Source of the DNA: Synechococcus sp. A15-24
GTDB lineage: Bacteria; Cyanobacteriota; Cyanobacteriia; PCC-6307; Cyanobiaceae
DNA: 32,000 bases
Reading direction: 5' to 3'
Assembly: GCF_014280195.1 (NCBI RefSeq)
Contig: NZ_CP047960.1
Location: forward strand, 1,590,001-1,622,000
In this document: piece by piece, positions 9,053-16,455 of the stretch
Layout of the letters: each line of letters begins with the position of its first letter
Numbering within the stretch: the stretch's first letter is position 1
Translations under genes and position numbers: made by a program
Notes under the pieces: generated by a model
Told to the model about the DNA's origin: nothing
The model's database searches: none
What the model saw: the letters and a program-made list of their open reading frames with translations, nothing else

Positions 9053-10033
9053 TTGACCGATCTTTCCTCCATTGTCACATCGGTGTATCTGCCCATCGTG
9101 GCAGCCGTTGGCAGCGGGATGATCTTCAGCAAACTGCTGGTCTCCTACGGAGGAGCCTGGGGAGAAAGCAACAGCAGACGCATACCGGCTTTCCTCGCAC
9201 AATTCCTGCTGCGCATTGGGATCCCAATCGGAATAGCCAACTTCGTGCGCAGCACGGAGCTCTCTGCCAGCGCCTGGATTGCTCCGATCACGGCAAGCCT
9301 GGCGATTGCACTGGGCTTACTTTGCTCCGCCTGCATCCTGGGGCCAATGAGCTCCATTCTTGCTGCCACTCGCCGCAGCTTTCAACTCAGCAGCTACGTA
9401 GGAAATACGAGTTTCATTGGATTTCCTGTGGTATTACTCCTGCCGCAACTTGGCCCCAGCTACTTCGGCGTCGCCGTTCTATACGACATCTTCGGAACCG
9501 TTTTGGGCGGCTATGGACTGGGGGCATGGATTGCAACCCGAGGAGAGAACGGCAACACAAGAAGCTCATGGCGCAGCGCCATAATCAAAACGACCCAACT
9601 TCTCTACAAAAATCCCTCACTGCTGGCATTTGTTGCTGGACTTCTCCTCAAATTGGTTGAACTTCCGGAAACGATCAACTCCATCCTCAGCGTGATTGCA
9701 TGGGGCTCGATCATGCTGGCTTTGCTCACCATGGGGATGAGAATTCAACAGCTCAGCGGTTCTGGCTCATTTCAACTGCCGCTTAAAGCCGTTCTAATCA
9801 AAATGGTGGCTGTACCACTTTTCATCGGAGCTTTGCTGACAGCGACAGGATTTGCCGGCCCTGAACGCTTAATCCTAGTACTGCAAGCGGGCATGCCCTG
9901 CGCCTTCGCGACTCTGGTGTTAGCCGAAAATTTCAACCTCGATCGAGCACTTACAGTTCAAACATTAATCATAAGCAATCTTATTTTGCTGCTTACGCTT
10001 CCGATCTGGGTTCTTAGCTTAACCTCCTGGTGA
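9053..10033 (+). CDS. AEC-family (auxin efflux carrier / membrane transport protein) permease
   Basis: 326-aa polytopic membrane protein with about 10 hydrophobic segments in two halves separated by a polar loop (TRGENGNTRSSWRS). N-terminus SIVTSVYLPIVAAVGSGMIFSKL is typical of PF03547-type carriers. TTG start preceded by GGGGAGAG. Confidence 0.7.
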   Translation: MTDLSSIVTSVYLPIVAAVGSGMIFSKLLVSYGGAWGESNSRRIPAFLAQFLLRIGIPIGIANFVRSTELSASAWIAPITASLAIALGLLCSACILGPMSSILAATRRSFQLSSYVGNTSFIGFPVVLLLPQLGPSYFGVAVLYDIFGTVLGGYGLGAWIATRGENGNTRSSWRSAIIKTTQLLYKNPSLLAFVAGLLLKLVELPETINSILSVIAWGSIMLALLTMGMRIQQLSGSGSFQLPLKAVLIKMVAVPLFIGALLTATGFAGPERLILVLQAGMPCAFATLVLAENFNLDRALTVQTLIISNLILLLTLPIWVLSLTSW

Positions 10034-10113
10034 CATCATCAGATCAATCCCTGTGGGCACTGCAGCAGGGTTACAGGAATTCACTAGAATAATTTGAGGC
10101 TCCGGAGTTTCGC

Positions 10114-11490
10114 TTGAAGGGTCAGCTAGCTCTCGCATCAATCCTGTTGGGCTTATCCGTTGGTGGCTGCAACGTCACCGGGGGGAACCAAGCAACTTCA
10201 CCAACCTCCAACGATCGTGAACTTCTCATTTGGTGGTCTGAGGGGTATTACCCAGAAGAGACGGACGCCATTGAATCAATCACCCGTCAATGGGAAAAAG
10301 CAAGCGGCAACAAAGTAAAGCTTGTTTTTTTCAATGATGGTGAAATCTCACAGAGGGCAACAGAAATTCTGAATGGAGGCCCGAAGCCAGACTTGATGTA
10401 TGGCTACAGCGTTGGAGACAGCCATGGACCAACGTTTGCCTACAAAGGTTTTCTTCTTGAAACAAGTGACGTTATCGAAGAATTCAAAAGTGACTATTCA
10501 CCTGGAATCATTGAAAACATCACTTTTCTGAATAAACAAACTAAAGAGAGACATCCATATTCCATACCTCTTTCAGTGAGCTCAGCCTACATTCACTACT
10601 GGAAGGATTTACTTGAAGAAGCAAACGCGACAGACCTGGCAATCAATATCCCAGACACCTGGAACGAGTTCTGGGAATTCTGGGGCGTCAATCAAAAGAA
10701 AGCAATTCAGGCTGGCTTCGTCGATATCAAAGGCGTTGGCCTACCGATGGCAAGTTCGACATCTGATACCCATATTCTGTTTGACTTTTTCCTGGAAGCT
10801 CACGAAGCCAAGATTATCAACACATCCGGAGAGCTGTTGTTGAGAAAGCCCGAAGAACGCAAAAAAGTCATCAAGGCAATGGAAAATTACACCAGCTTCT
10901 ACAAAAGAGGCTGGGTGCCCTCAAAGGCAACCGAATGGGGTGACGTAGACAACAACATTAATTTCCTGAGCAGCTTGTCTCTGATGACAGCCAACCCCAC
11001 ATTATCGATTCCAGGGTCTCAAACGGCAGACGAAGTCGCCTACTACGAAAGAATTGCATCAATCGGGTGGCCCAAAGGCATGACTGGCAAGAAAGTTCGT
11101 ACAGATATTTCGGTGAAACAGATGTTTATCTTTGACACCAACAAAGCCAAAGAGGCCAAGTCCTATGCACGCAATCTCATAAAACCAGAAAATTTGTCGG
11201 CCTATGTTGAAGGATCACAAGGTCGTTATCTACCCGTTTCACAGCGAATTCTAGAAAATCCATTTTGGAATCAATTGCGAAACACACATATCCAAGCATC
11301 TCGTGAGACCGTAGAAAATTATAAACTTGCTTACCAAATACTAAACCCAGCTTACACAGAGGTCAGAAGACTGAATATTTGGGCTCAAGCCATTGAACAA
11401 GTCTGCGTCAACAACACTCCAGTTGATGTTGCTGTTGACAACGCCATCGAGTCGATCGAATCAATCTTCAAGAAGTGGGAGAGATCATGA
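10114..11490 (+). CDS. Extracellular solute-binding lipoprotein (ABC-type family 1, sugar-binding-like), orphan: no permease or ATPase nearby
   Basis: Lipobox ILLGLSVGGC. LLIWWSEGYYPEE...ITRQWEKASGNKVKLVFFND...GGPKPDLMY resembles carbohydrate SBPs. TTG start with GGAG 8 nt upstream. Its stop overlaps the next ATG (ATGA at 11487-11490). Confidence 0.8.
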   Translation: MKGQLALASILLGLSVGGCNVTGGNQATSPTSNDRELLIWWSEGYYPEETDAIESITRQWEKASGNKVKLVFFNDGEISQRATEILNGGPKPDLMYGYSVGDSHGPTFAYKGFLLETSDVIEEFKSDYSPGIIENITFLNKQTKERHPYSIPLSVSSAYIHYWKDLLEEANATDLAINIPDTWNEFWEFWGVNQKKAIQAGFVDIKGVGLPMASSTSDTHILFDFFLEAHEAKIINTSGELLLRKPEERKKVIKAMENYTSFYKRGWVPSKATEWGDVDNNINFLSSLSLMTANPTLSIPGSQTADEVAYYERIASIGWPKGMTGKKVRTDISVKQMFIFDTNKAKEAKSYARNLIKPENLSAYVEGSQGRYLPVSQRILENPFWNQLRNTHIQASRETVENYKLAYQILNPAYTEVRRLNIWAQAIEQVCVNNTPVDVAVDNAIESIESIFKKWERS

Positions 11491-12476
11491 AAATTTCACA
11501 CATGTCTTGCACCGAGATTTTCATTGTCTTGCTCACTGTCACAAGCTCCGTTGGCCTGTTGACATATTTCAGTGATACAAGAACAACCGGGCATCAGGCA
11601 TATGAAGCGCAAAAGCAAGTTTTGACTGAAAGAGCTACAGCATTTACCGAAGCAAAAAAGTCTCTGATCGACTTGATCAGCCAACACTTGAAGAACCCTG
11701 AATTCAAGGAAAAAAGCATTAAAGTATTATCATCGAAAAAACGTCTGCGTCCAAGCCGACCAAGTACCGACTCCAATACCAATGGAGATGTTTACACAGC
11801 AGGAATTTTTCAAACAAATCTAGAAGCAGAAAGCATATCAATCCTCACAGCTGGTGCCATTGTTGCTTTATCAACAGAAGCCAAGAAAACAGGTCGCTAT
11901 CAACCAGTTCAAAATACAACAACCTACATTGACCCCGAAAAATCAATTGATGTTGGCCTGCGATTTTTCAAGGATCCTCGAGCTGGACGTCCTACCGCAA
12001 CCATTGCCCTACCAATTCGTGACGATACAAATAAAAGACGTGGATATTATTATGTTGACATCAATCCAAAAATATTGCATGGCTCAATGTTCAAACAAAA
12101 TCAATCCAGCACCCTCTCGCCCCCGGAGAACACCCATGCCGTTGCCTATACATCATTGAATCGAATTACTGAAATTTACAATCCAATTGAGCCAAACCAA
12201 TACCCACCATTAAAAAGCGAAGGTATCAACAATGCTCTCAACGACAGACCTGGAACATATCTCTATCTAAATCATCAACGAAAACCTGTCGTGGGTGCTT
12301 ATCAATACATCCCCGCGGCCAACATGGGTCTCTTGATTGAAAGAGACCAGTCTGTTTTGTTCAAGCAAGCTAGACGTAGATTAATAAAAATTCTAATCAC
12401 CGGATTCTCGATATCTGGCATTGCTTTTCTGGCATTAAAACAGCTGAAAACGCAGAACTCGAAGAAAAACCTATAA
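11487..12476 (+). CDS. 2-TM membrane protein with a large periplasmic Cache-like loop and no cytoplasmic output domain
   Basis: N-terminal TM (IFIVLLTVTSSVGLLTYF) and C-terminal TM (ILITGFSISGIAFLAL). The loop ends with KPVVGAYQYIPAANMGLLIERDQSVLF, reminiscent of the last strands of Cache/PDC sensor domains. ATG 11487 is preceded by GGGAGAG. The ORF track offers GTG 11475 in the same frame. Confidence 0.65.
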   Translation: MKISHMSCTEIFIVLLTVTSSVGLLTYFSDTRTTGHQAYEAQKQVLTERATAFTEAKKSLIDLISQHLKNPEFKEKSIKVLSSKKRLRPSRPSTDSNTNGDVYTAGIFQTNLEAESISILTAGAIVALSTEAKKTGRYQPVQNTTTYIDPEKSIDVGLRFFKDPRAGRPTATIALPIRDDTNKRRGYYYVDINPKILHGSMFKQNQSSTLSPPENTHAVAYTSLNRITEIYNPIEPNQYPPLKSEGINNALNDRPGTYLYLNHQRKPVVGAYQYIPAANMGLLIERDQSVLFKQARRRLIKILITGFSISGIAFLALKQLKTQNSKKNL

Positions 12477-12482
12477 ATTCAT

Positions 12483-14621
12483 ATGTCTCTTCAATTCCAA
12501 AGGTGGCTTATTAAGCCCGTACTACCTCTTAAAAACAAATTCAGGGTAATTAAAACACTGCAATTTACGTTTACAGCCCAGATCACATTTGTAATCATAC
12601 TGCTATTTTCGATCGGTAACGTAGTCATCTTCCGCACAACATCAGAGCGTCTGATTCGCAATACTCACCTTAGAAACAGAGATCAGGTAACAGGTCTCGT
12701 GAGCAACATAAACCAGTGGAAAAAGTCGACTGTTTTACTGATGGATACATTGAGCAAACAACCTGGGATAATCAATCTGGACGACACACAAATCAATGCA
12801 ACATTGAGGCAAGTCACACGCTTGACAGCTGACAGAGTCTGGCGTGTCTTTGACCGTCAAGGGAACTTGGTTTACACAAGCCTTGAATCTGAACAATCTC
12901 CGCATCAGCAAAAGCTTCTTGAACTGAGACACAAAGACTACGAAGGTTTCAAGAAAGCTCGCAATGGACAATTCAGTTGGAGTGTTGCTTTCCTGCAAGC
13001 AGGTATTAAAACCGAAGGATGCCTGAGTGCTGATCAGCCAATCTTTAAGTCAGCCAGTCCTGGTGGTACATCTGAAGTCATCGGCACACTGAGCTTCTGT
13101 CTGCCACTGGAAAAACTGGGAGCAGCCATTGGCATTGCTGGAACCGATCAAATGAGAAGTGACGAAACACTCAGCGATTCAGTCTTACCCAACAGGCTAA
13201 GTCCAACCAAAAATCCGGACTATCTTGAATTCCATCGCGGTGATTATAAGGGCCGTGTGACTTATCTTATTTTCGAAAGTGGCAACATCGTTTTTCCGAC
13301 CGCATCTGATTCTCGTTTTGTACGAATTTCAATTCAGTCCCCTCGCCGTCTATCAACAACAGCTTGGGGGAGATTGAATAAGCTCATAACACGTCGCGGC
13401 AACTTCAATACCTTTCAAGAAATCAACCTAGATGGAAATAAACTTTTAACGTTTGCGATGACTTCATCAGCAGGCAACACTAACTGGATTGCTGTCAATG
13501 CAATCGACAAACAAACAATCTTTGATCCTTTAAACAAGTCTCTTTTTCAACTGCTGATCCTCCAACTCTCAACGCTGCTGATTACAAGTGTCGCGATTTA
13601 TTTTGTATGCCGACAGCTCACACGGCCGTTGAATCAAATCATCTCACGCATACAAGCTCTAAGTGACCTAGACATAAGCCTAAGTAAAAATCACATAATC
13701 CGGGAGGCTTGGATCCGCGAGATCAATAATGTCTCACTGGCAACCAATCGACTGACACGCGCTATCGAATCATTTTCTAGATATCTACCAAATGAAGTTG
13801 TTCGGTCACTTCTTCTGAACGACAGGCGGGCTGAATTGGGCGGTACAACTGAACATGTTGCAGTGATGTTCACCGATATCGATAATTTCACGTCGTACAC
13901 AGAATCAGTTCAGACACAGGATTTATTCCGCTATCTGAATGAATATTTCACCGAGCTCACTAATCATGTGAGAGCAAATAAGGGCACGATTGATAAGTAT
14001 ATCGGCGATTCAATGATGGTGATGTGGGGGATGCCCACTCCGCTGACAAATCCATGTGAACTGGCCTGCGAAACGGCCATCGCACTCCGAAATGCCAGCA
14101 ATCGACTGAGGGATGAGTGGGCTCAACAGAACGCACCACTGAGATTCAACACTCGAATCGGTCTACACTACGGAGAAGCCATTGTTGGCAATGTCGGCGC
14201 AGCTGATCGATTCAATTACACGATGGTGGGAGACACTGTGAACTTGGCAAGTCGTCTTGAAGGTGCGAACAAAACGTACAAAACCAACATCATTGTCAGC
14301 CATGCGCTCCTGGCACAACTTGAGCAGGAGCAGGCCTTGCATCGGTTTGCCTTTCGCATGATTGGCGAAGTCAAAGTAAAAGGCAAAAGTAAAAGCACGA
14401 TCATTTACGAACTTTATGATCAACGATGCTCGCTTCGACAACCCCAGATCGAAGCCCTGGATGCATGGAACTGCATCATGAAACGAGCTATTGATGGCGG
14501 CAATCTCGCCGCATTGGAGCAGTTGGCGGCTGAAAACGAGGAGCTCAGAGCTCATCCGCTTTTGATTCAACTCAAACAAGAGCTTGAGTCGTCGGCGAAG
14601 TCAATCCACCACACAACATGA
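12483..14621 (+). CDS. Membrane-bound class III adenylate cyclase: TM, periplasmic sensor domain, TM, HAMP, cyclase homology domain
   Basis: TM1 FVIILLFSIGNVVIF. A loop of about 300 aa follows, then TM2 LLILQLSTLLITSVAIYFV. A HAMP-like segment is RQLTRPLNQII...NRLTRAIE. CHD motifs are VAVMFTDIDNFT (about 13861-13893), DKYIGDSMMVMWG (about 13991-14030) and NYTMVGDTVNLASRLEG (about 14214-14264). It starts 6 nt after the preceding stop. Confidence 0.85.
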   Translation: MSLQFQRWLIKPVLPLKNKFRVIKTLQFTFTAQITFVIILLFSIGNVVIFRTTSERLIRNTHLRNRDQVTGLVSNINQWKKSTVLLMDTLSKQPGIINLDDTQINATLRQVTRLTADRVWRVFDRQGNLVYTSLESEQSPHQQKLLELRHKDYEGFKKARNGQFSWSVAFLQAGIKTEGCLSADQPIFKSASPGGTSEVIGTLSFCLPLEKLGAAIGIAGTDQMRSDETLSDSVLPNRLSPTKNPDYLEFHRGDYKGRVTYLIFESGNIVFPTASDSRFVRISIQSPRRLSTTAWGRLNKLITRRGNFNTFQEINLDGNKLLTFAMTSSAGNTNWIAVNAIDKQTIFDPLNKSLFQLLILQLSTLLITSVAIYFVCRQLTRPLNQIISRIQALSDLDISLSKNHIIREAWIREINNVSLATNRLTRAIESFSRYLPNEVVRSLLLNDRRAELGGTTEHVAVMFTDIDNFTSYTESVQTQDLFRYLNEYFTELTNHVRANKGTIDKYIGDSMMVMWGMPTPLTNPCELACETAIALRNASNRLRDEWAQQNAPLRFNTRIGLHYGEAIVGNVGAADRFNYTMVGDTVNLASRLEGANKTYKTNIIVSHALLAQLEQEQALHRFAFRMIGEVKVKGKSKSTIIYELYDQRCSLRQPQIEALDAWNCIMKRAIDGGNLAALEQLAAENEELRAHPLLIQLKQELESSAKSIHHTT

Positions 14622-14769
14622 CACCGGCCTAGTTCAACCATTCCTCGGAACAACTCCAACAAAGCCGCTTTTTATTGAAATGAGCGCTTGAATCACTCGC
14701 TTGAGAGCGTGTTTGTTGACCGTGGCTCAAGAAAGCTGATCACCCGACCACCAAGAAGGAAGCCTGTCC

Positions 14770-15237
14770 TCAGCAATCGCGCGCCCAGCGTGCCATGGCT
14801 TTTCCGGGGTCGGCGATCTGCTCAAGACTGGTGTAAACGAAGTCCTGCCAACCCTGCGCCGGCAGACCGGCGAACAGCATCAGGTTGAGCGGGTAATCTT
14901 CGGAATCCGTACAACGCCTGAAGTCGTCGCGGAACAAAAAGGTGGGTTTACCCAGGGCGATCGCTGCACCCAGTTCCACCATCACCCCCTCATCGGGCGG
15001 CGTTCCGTTCACGATCGCGAAAAGGCCATCGGCATCCCTCACATCCTGCAGATCACGTTGGGCCACCTGGTGCGCCCAACCCGGCTGGGCCACATCCAAC
15101 TGGCCGTTGCGGGCGAACGGTTCCCAAACTTGAAGACCCAGCCCTTCAAGAGCTCTGATGAATTCCGGCAGCAGCAGACGCTTCCATTGTGCTGAAAATC
15201 CGTAAGGGGAAGCGAGATAGATCGTGGGCTTGGCCAT
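14770..15237 (-). CDS. Nucleoside 2-deoxyribosyltransferase-family protein
   Basis: IYLASPYGFS at the N-terminus and DEGVMVELGAAIALGKP, the family's catalytic Glu context. 155 aa. The start overlaps the PRTase stop (TGATG at 15235-15239). Confidence 0.75.
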   Translation of the reverse strand: MAKPTIYLASPYGFSAQWKRLLLPEFIRALEGLGLQVWEPFARNGQLDVAQPGWAHQVAQRDLQDVRDADGLFAIVNGTPPDEGVMVELGAAIALGKPTFLFRDDFRRCTDSEDYPLNLMLFAGLPAQGWQDFVYTSLEQIADPGKAMARWARDC

Positions 15238-15632
15238 CAGCCCACCCCCCGGGAGCTGAGATAAGTCTGCTCATCGGCGAGGGCCTGGGCGGCGTTTTCC
15301 CAAGGGAACAGCAACCACTCGGAGCTGTCTGTGACAACCACCGCGTCCCACCACTGGGGAGGGCGCTTGCTCACCCAAACTACAAAATTGGCCTTGGGAA
15401 AGCGGATATGCAGCGATTCCAAGGTGCGGCCGGTCTCATAGACATCGTCCACGATCAATGCATCGGGCTGGGGCTCAGCCAACAACGGTCGCTCGAGCGC
15501 ATGGCTCAAGGCCACGGCCAGACAAAGTCCACCGCGTGGCACGCCATAAACACCCGCAAACGACGCCGAAGACAACTGTTCAACCAGGATCTGCACGGCC
15601 TGATCAAATTCCAACCAGCTGAGAACCCTCAT
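15237..15632 (-). CDS. Phosphoribosyltransferase (type I PRTase domain) protein
   Basis: PRPP-binding loop ALIVDDVYETGRTL, and GVPRGGL upstream. ATG at 15632 gives MRVLSWLEF.... The ORF track's TTG 15650 is an alternative start. Confidence 0.7.
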   Translation of the reverse strand: MRVLSWLEFDQAVQILVEQLSSASFAGVYGVPRGGLCLAVALSHALERPLLAEPQPDALIVDDVYETGRTLESLHIRFPKANFVVWVSKRPPQWWDAVVVTDSSEWLLFPWENAAQALADEQTYLSSRGVG

Positions 15633-15667
15633 GGCTGGACAATGAAACAAGTTGGCAGTAGTGGCCC

Positions 15668-15907
15668 ATGACCAGCGACATCCCGCCGCAGGAACAGGTG
15701 CGCAAATGGTTCCGCAGCCATCTGCTCAACCGCGAAGTGGAACTCCAGGAGCTGTATGACCTTCCTCAGGGCGAACTGAATCTGCTGATGGCGGAAACCG
15801 CCGAGATCCGCTCCGATCATGAAAATCGTTCCCGCAGCCATGGTCGCTGGTGCACCGCCGGCTATGTCCTGGAATTGGCCCGCATCATTGATGCCCGCCG
15901 AGCCTGA
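15668..15907 (+). CDS. Small hypothetical protein (79 aa)
   Basis: ATG start and clear GC3 bias in this frame. The antisense ORF 15629..15913 lacks a plausible composition. No domain recognised. Confidence 0.45.
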   Translation: MTSDIPPQEQVRKWFRSHLLNREVELQELYDLPQGELNLLMAETAEIRSDHENRSRSHGRWCTAGYVLELARIIDARRA

Positions 15908-15909
15908 CA

Positions 15910-16113
15910 TCAAGCTGACTTCAAGTAGACCTTGCGGCCGTGAGCATCAACACGGTATTTACCACCGCGAGGTCCGATATGGATGACATCAGAGTCGGAC
16001 ATTGACGATATGGCAACAACCTTTGGCGAATCGATTTGGGTGATATCAGCCTTTACCTGGGGTTTGAAAATGTTCCGGCCCGTCCTCAAAAAAAGAAAAG
16101 TTGCGATGGTCAT
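15910..16113 (-). CDS. Small basic protein with a C-terminal GPRGGKY...GRKVY motif
   Basis: 67-aa ORF in a lower-GC islet. The C-terminus IHIGPRGGKYRVDAHGRKVYLKSA resembles the short basic GPRGG-type adaptor motif seen in phage and large-virus proteins (from memory, unverified). An internal ATG (MSDSDV...) is an alternative start. Confidence 0.4.
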   Translation of the reverse strand: MTIATFLFLRTGRNIFKPQVKADITQIDSPKVVAISSMSDSDVIHIGPRGGKYRVDAHGRKVYLKSA

Positions 16114-16143
16114 TTTGGGTCAAATTCAGATTGGGTTCAAACT

Positions 16144-16413
16144 TCATTGTCCGGAGGGGTCAATAGGTGGAGTCAGAGACGTGGGATCCAACATGGCCAT
16201 CACGCGCTCCCATTCAGCTTTGTCAATCAAACCACCCTCAAGAAGCTGGTTGAGCACCCGTGGATCAATGGGCAAATGCGTGAGATCCTTCACCGACTGA
16301 CAAGCCTTAAGGGACTCCACCAAAATCGTCTGGGCTGCCAATTCAGGCGTCAGCCCAGGGAAGCGCTCCTGCATGTCATCAATCATCTTTGCTGCAGCAT
16401 CCTTATCCATCAT
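16144..16413 (-). CDS. Small acidic hypothetical protein (89 aa)
   Basis: ORF on the same strand as pstS, 42 nt downstream of it, with lower GC than the core genome. No recognised domain. Confidence 0.4.
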   Translation of the reverse strand: MMDKDAAAKMIDDMQERFPGLTPELAAQTILVESLKACQSVKDLTHLPIDPRVLNQLLEGGLIDKAEWERVMAMLDPTSLTPPIDPSGQ

Positions 16414-16455
16414 CCTTCAAAGAATCAGTGCATCGTATTCATTCAAGTGTAACCA

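Larger units (their letters stand above)
8755..14700. other. Low-GC genomic island (compositionally foreign insertion), with no integrase or transposase seen
   Basis: There is an abrupt switch from G/C-rich to A/T-rich third positions, plus an AT-rich 300-bp non-coding leader (8755-9052). The shift is strongest from about 10030 to 14700. GC-rich composition returns at the NDT gene (14770). Confidence 0.7.

Noticed and set aside
8772-9202. Minus-strand ORFs 8772..8957 and 8930..9202 in the AT-rich leader
   Set aside because: They have no motifs and odd composition, and one overlaps the AEC gene start. They are probably chance ORFs in AT-rich spacer, so I treat the region as non-coding.
10034-10113. 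Terminator or promoter between the AEC gene and the SBP gene (ccctg...caggg hairpin, tagaat)
   Set aside because: The stem is only 5 bp with a 12-nt loop and no T-tract. The TAGAAT box has no properly spaced -35. This is too weak to annotate.
9051-14714. Direct repeats marking island integration (gttgaccg near 9052 and 14707)
   Set aside because: An 8-mer match is expected by chance in 6 kb. There is no extended att-like repeat, tRNA fragment or integrase to support it.
14952-14961. HIP1-like palindrome GCGATCGC
   Set aside because: I noticed only a single occurrence, inside the NDT coding region. It is not an iterated repeat element here.
14770-15650. Retron-type defence locus (NDT-like and PRTase-like effectors)
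   Set aside because: There is no reverse transcriptase ORF and no obvious msr/msd-like inverted repeats nearby. Composition is host-like rather than island-like. It is kept only as a speculative alternative within the finding.
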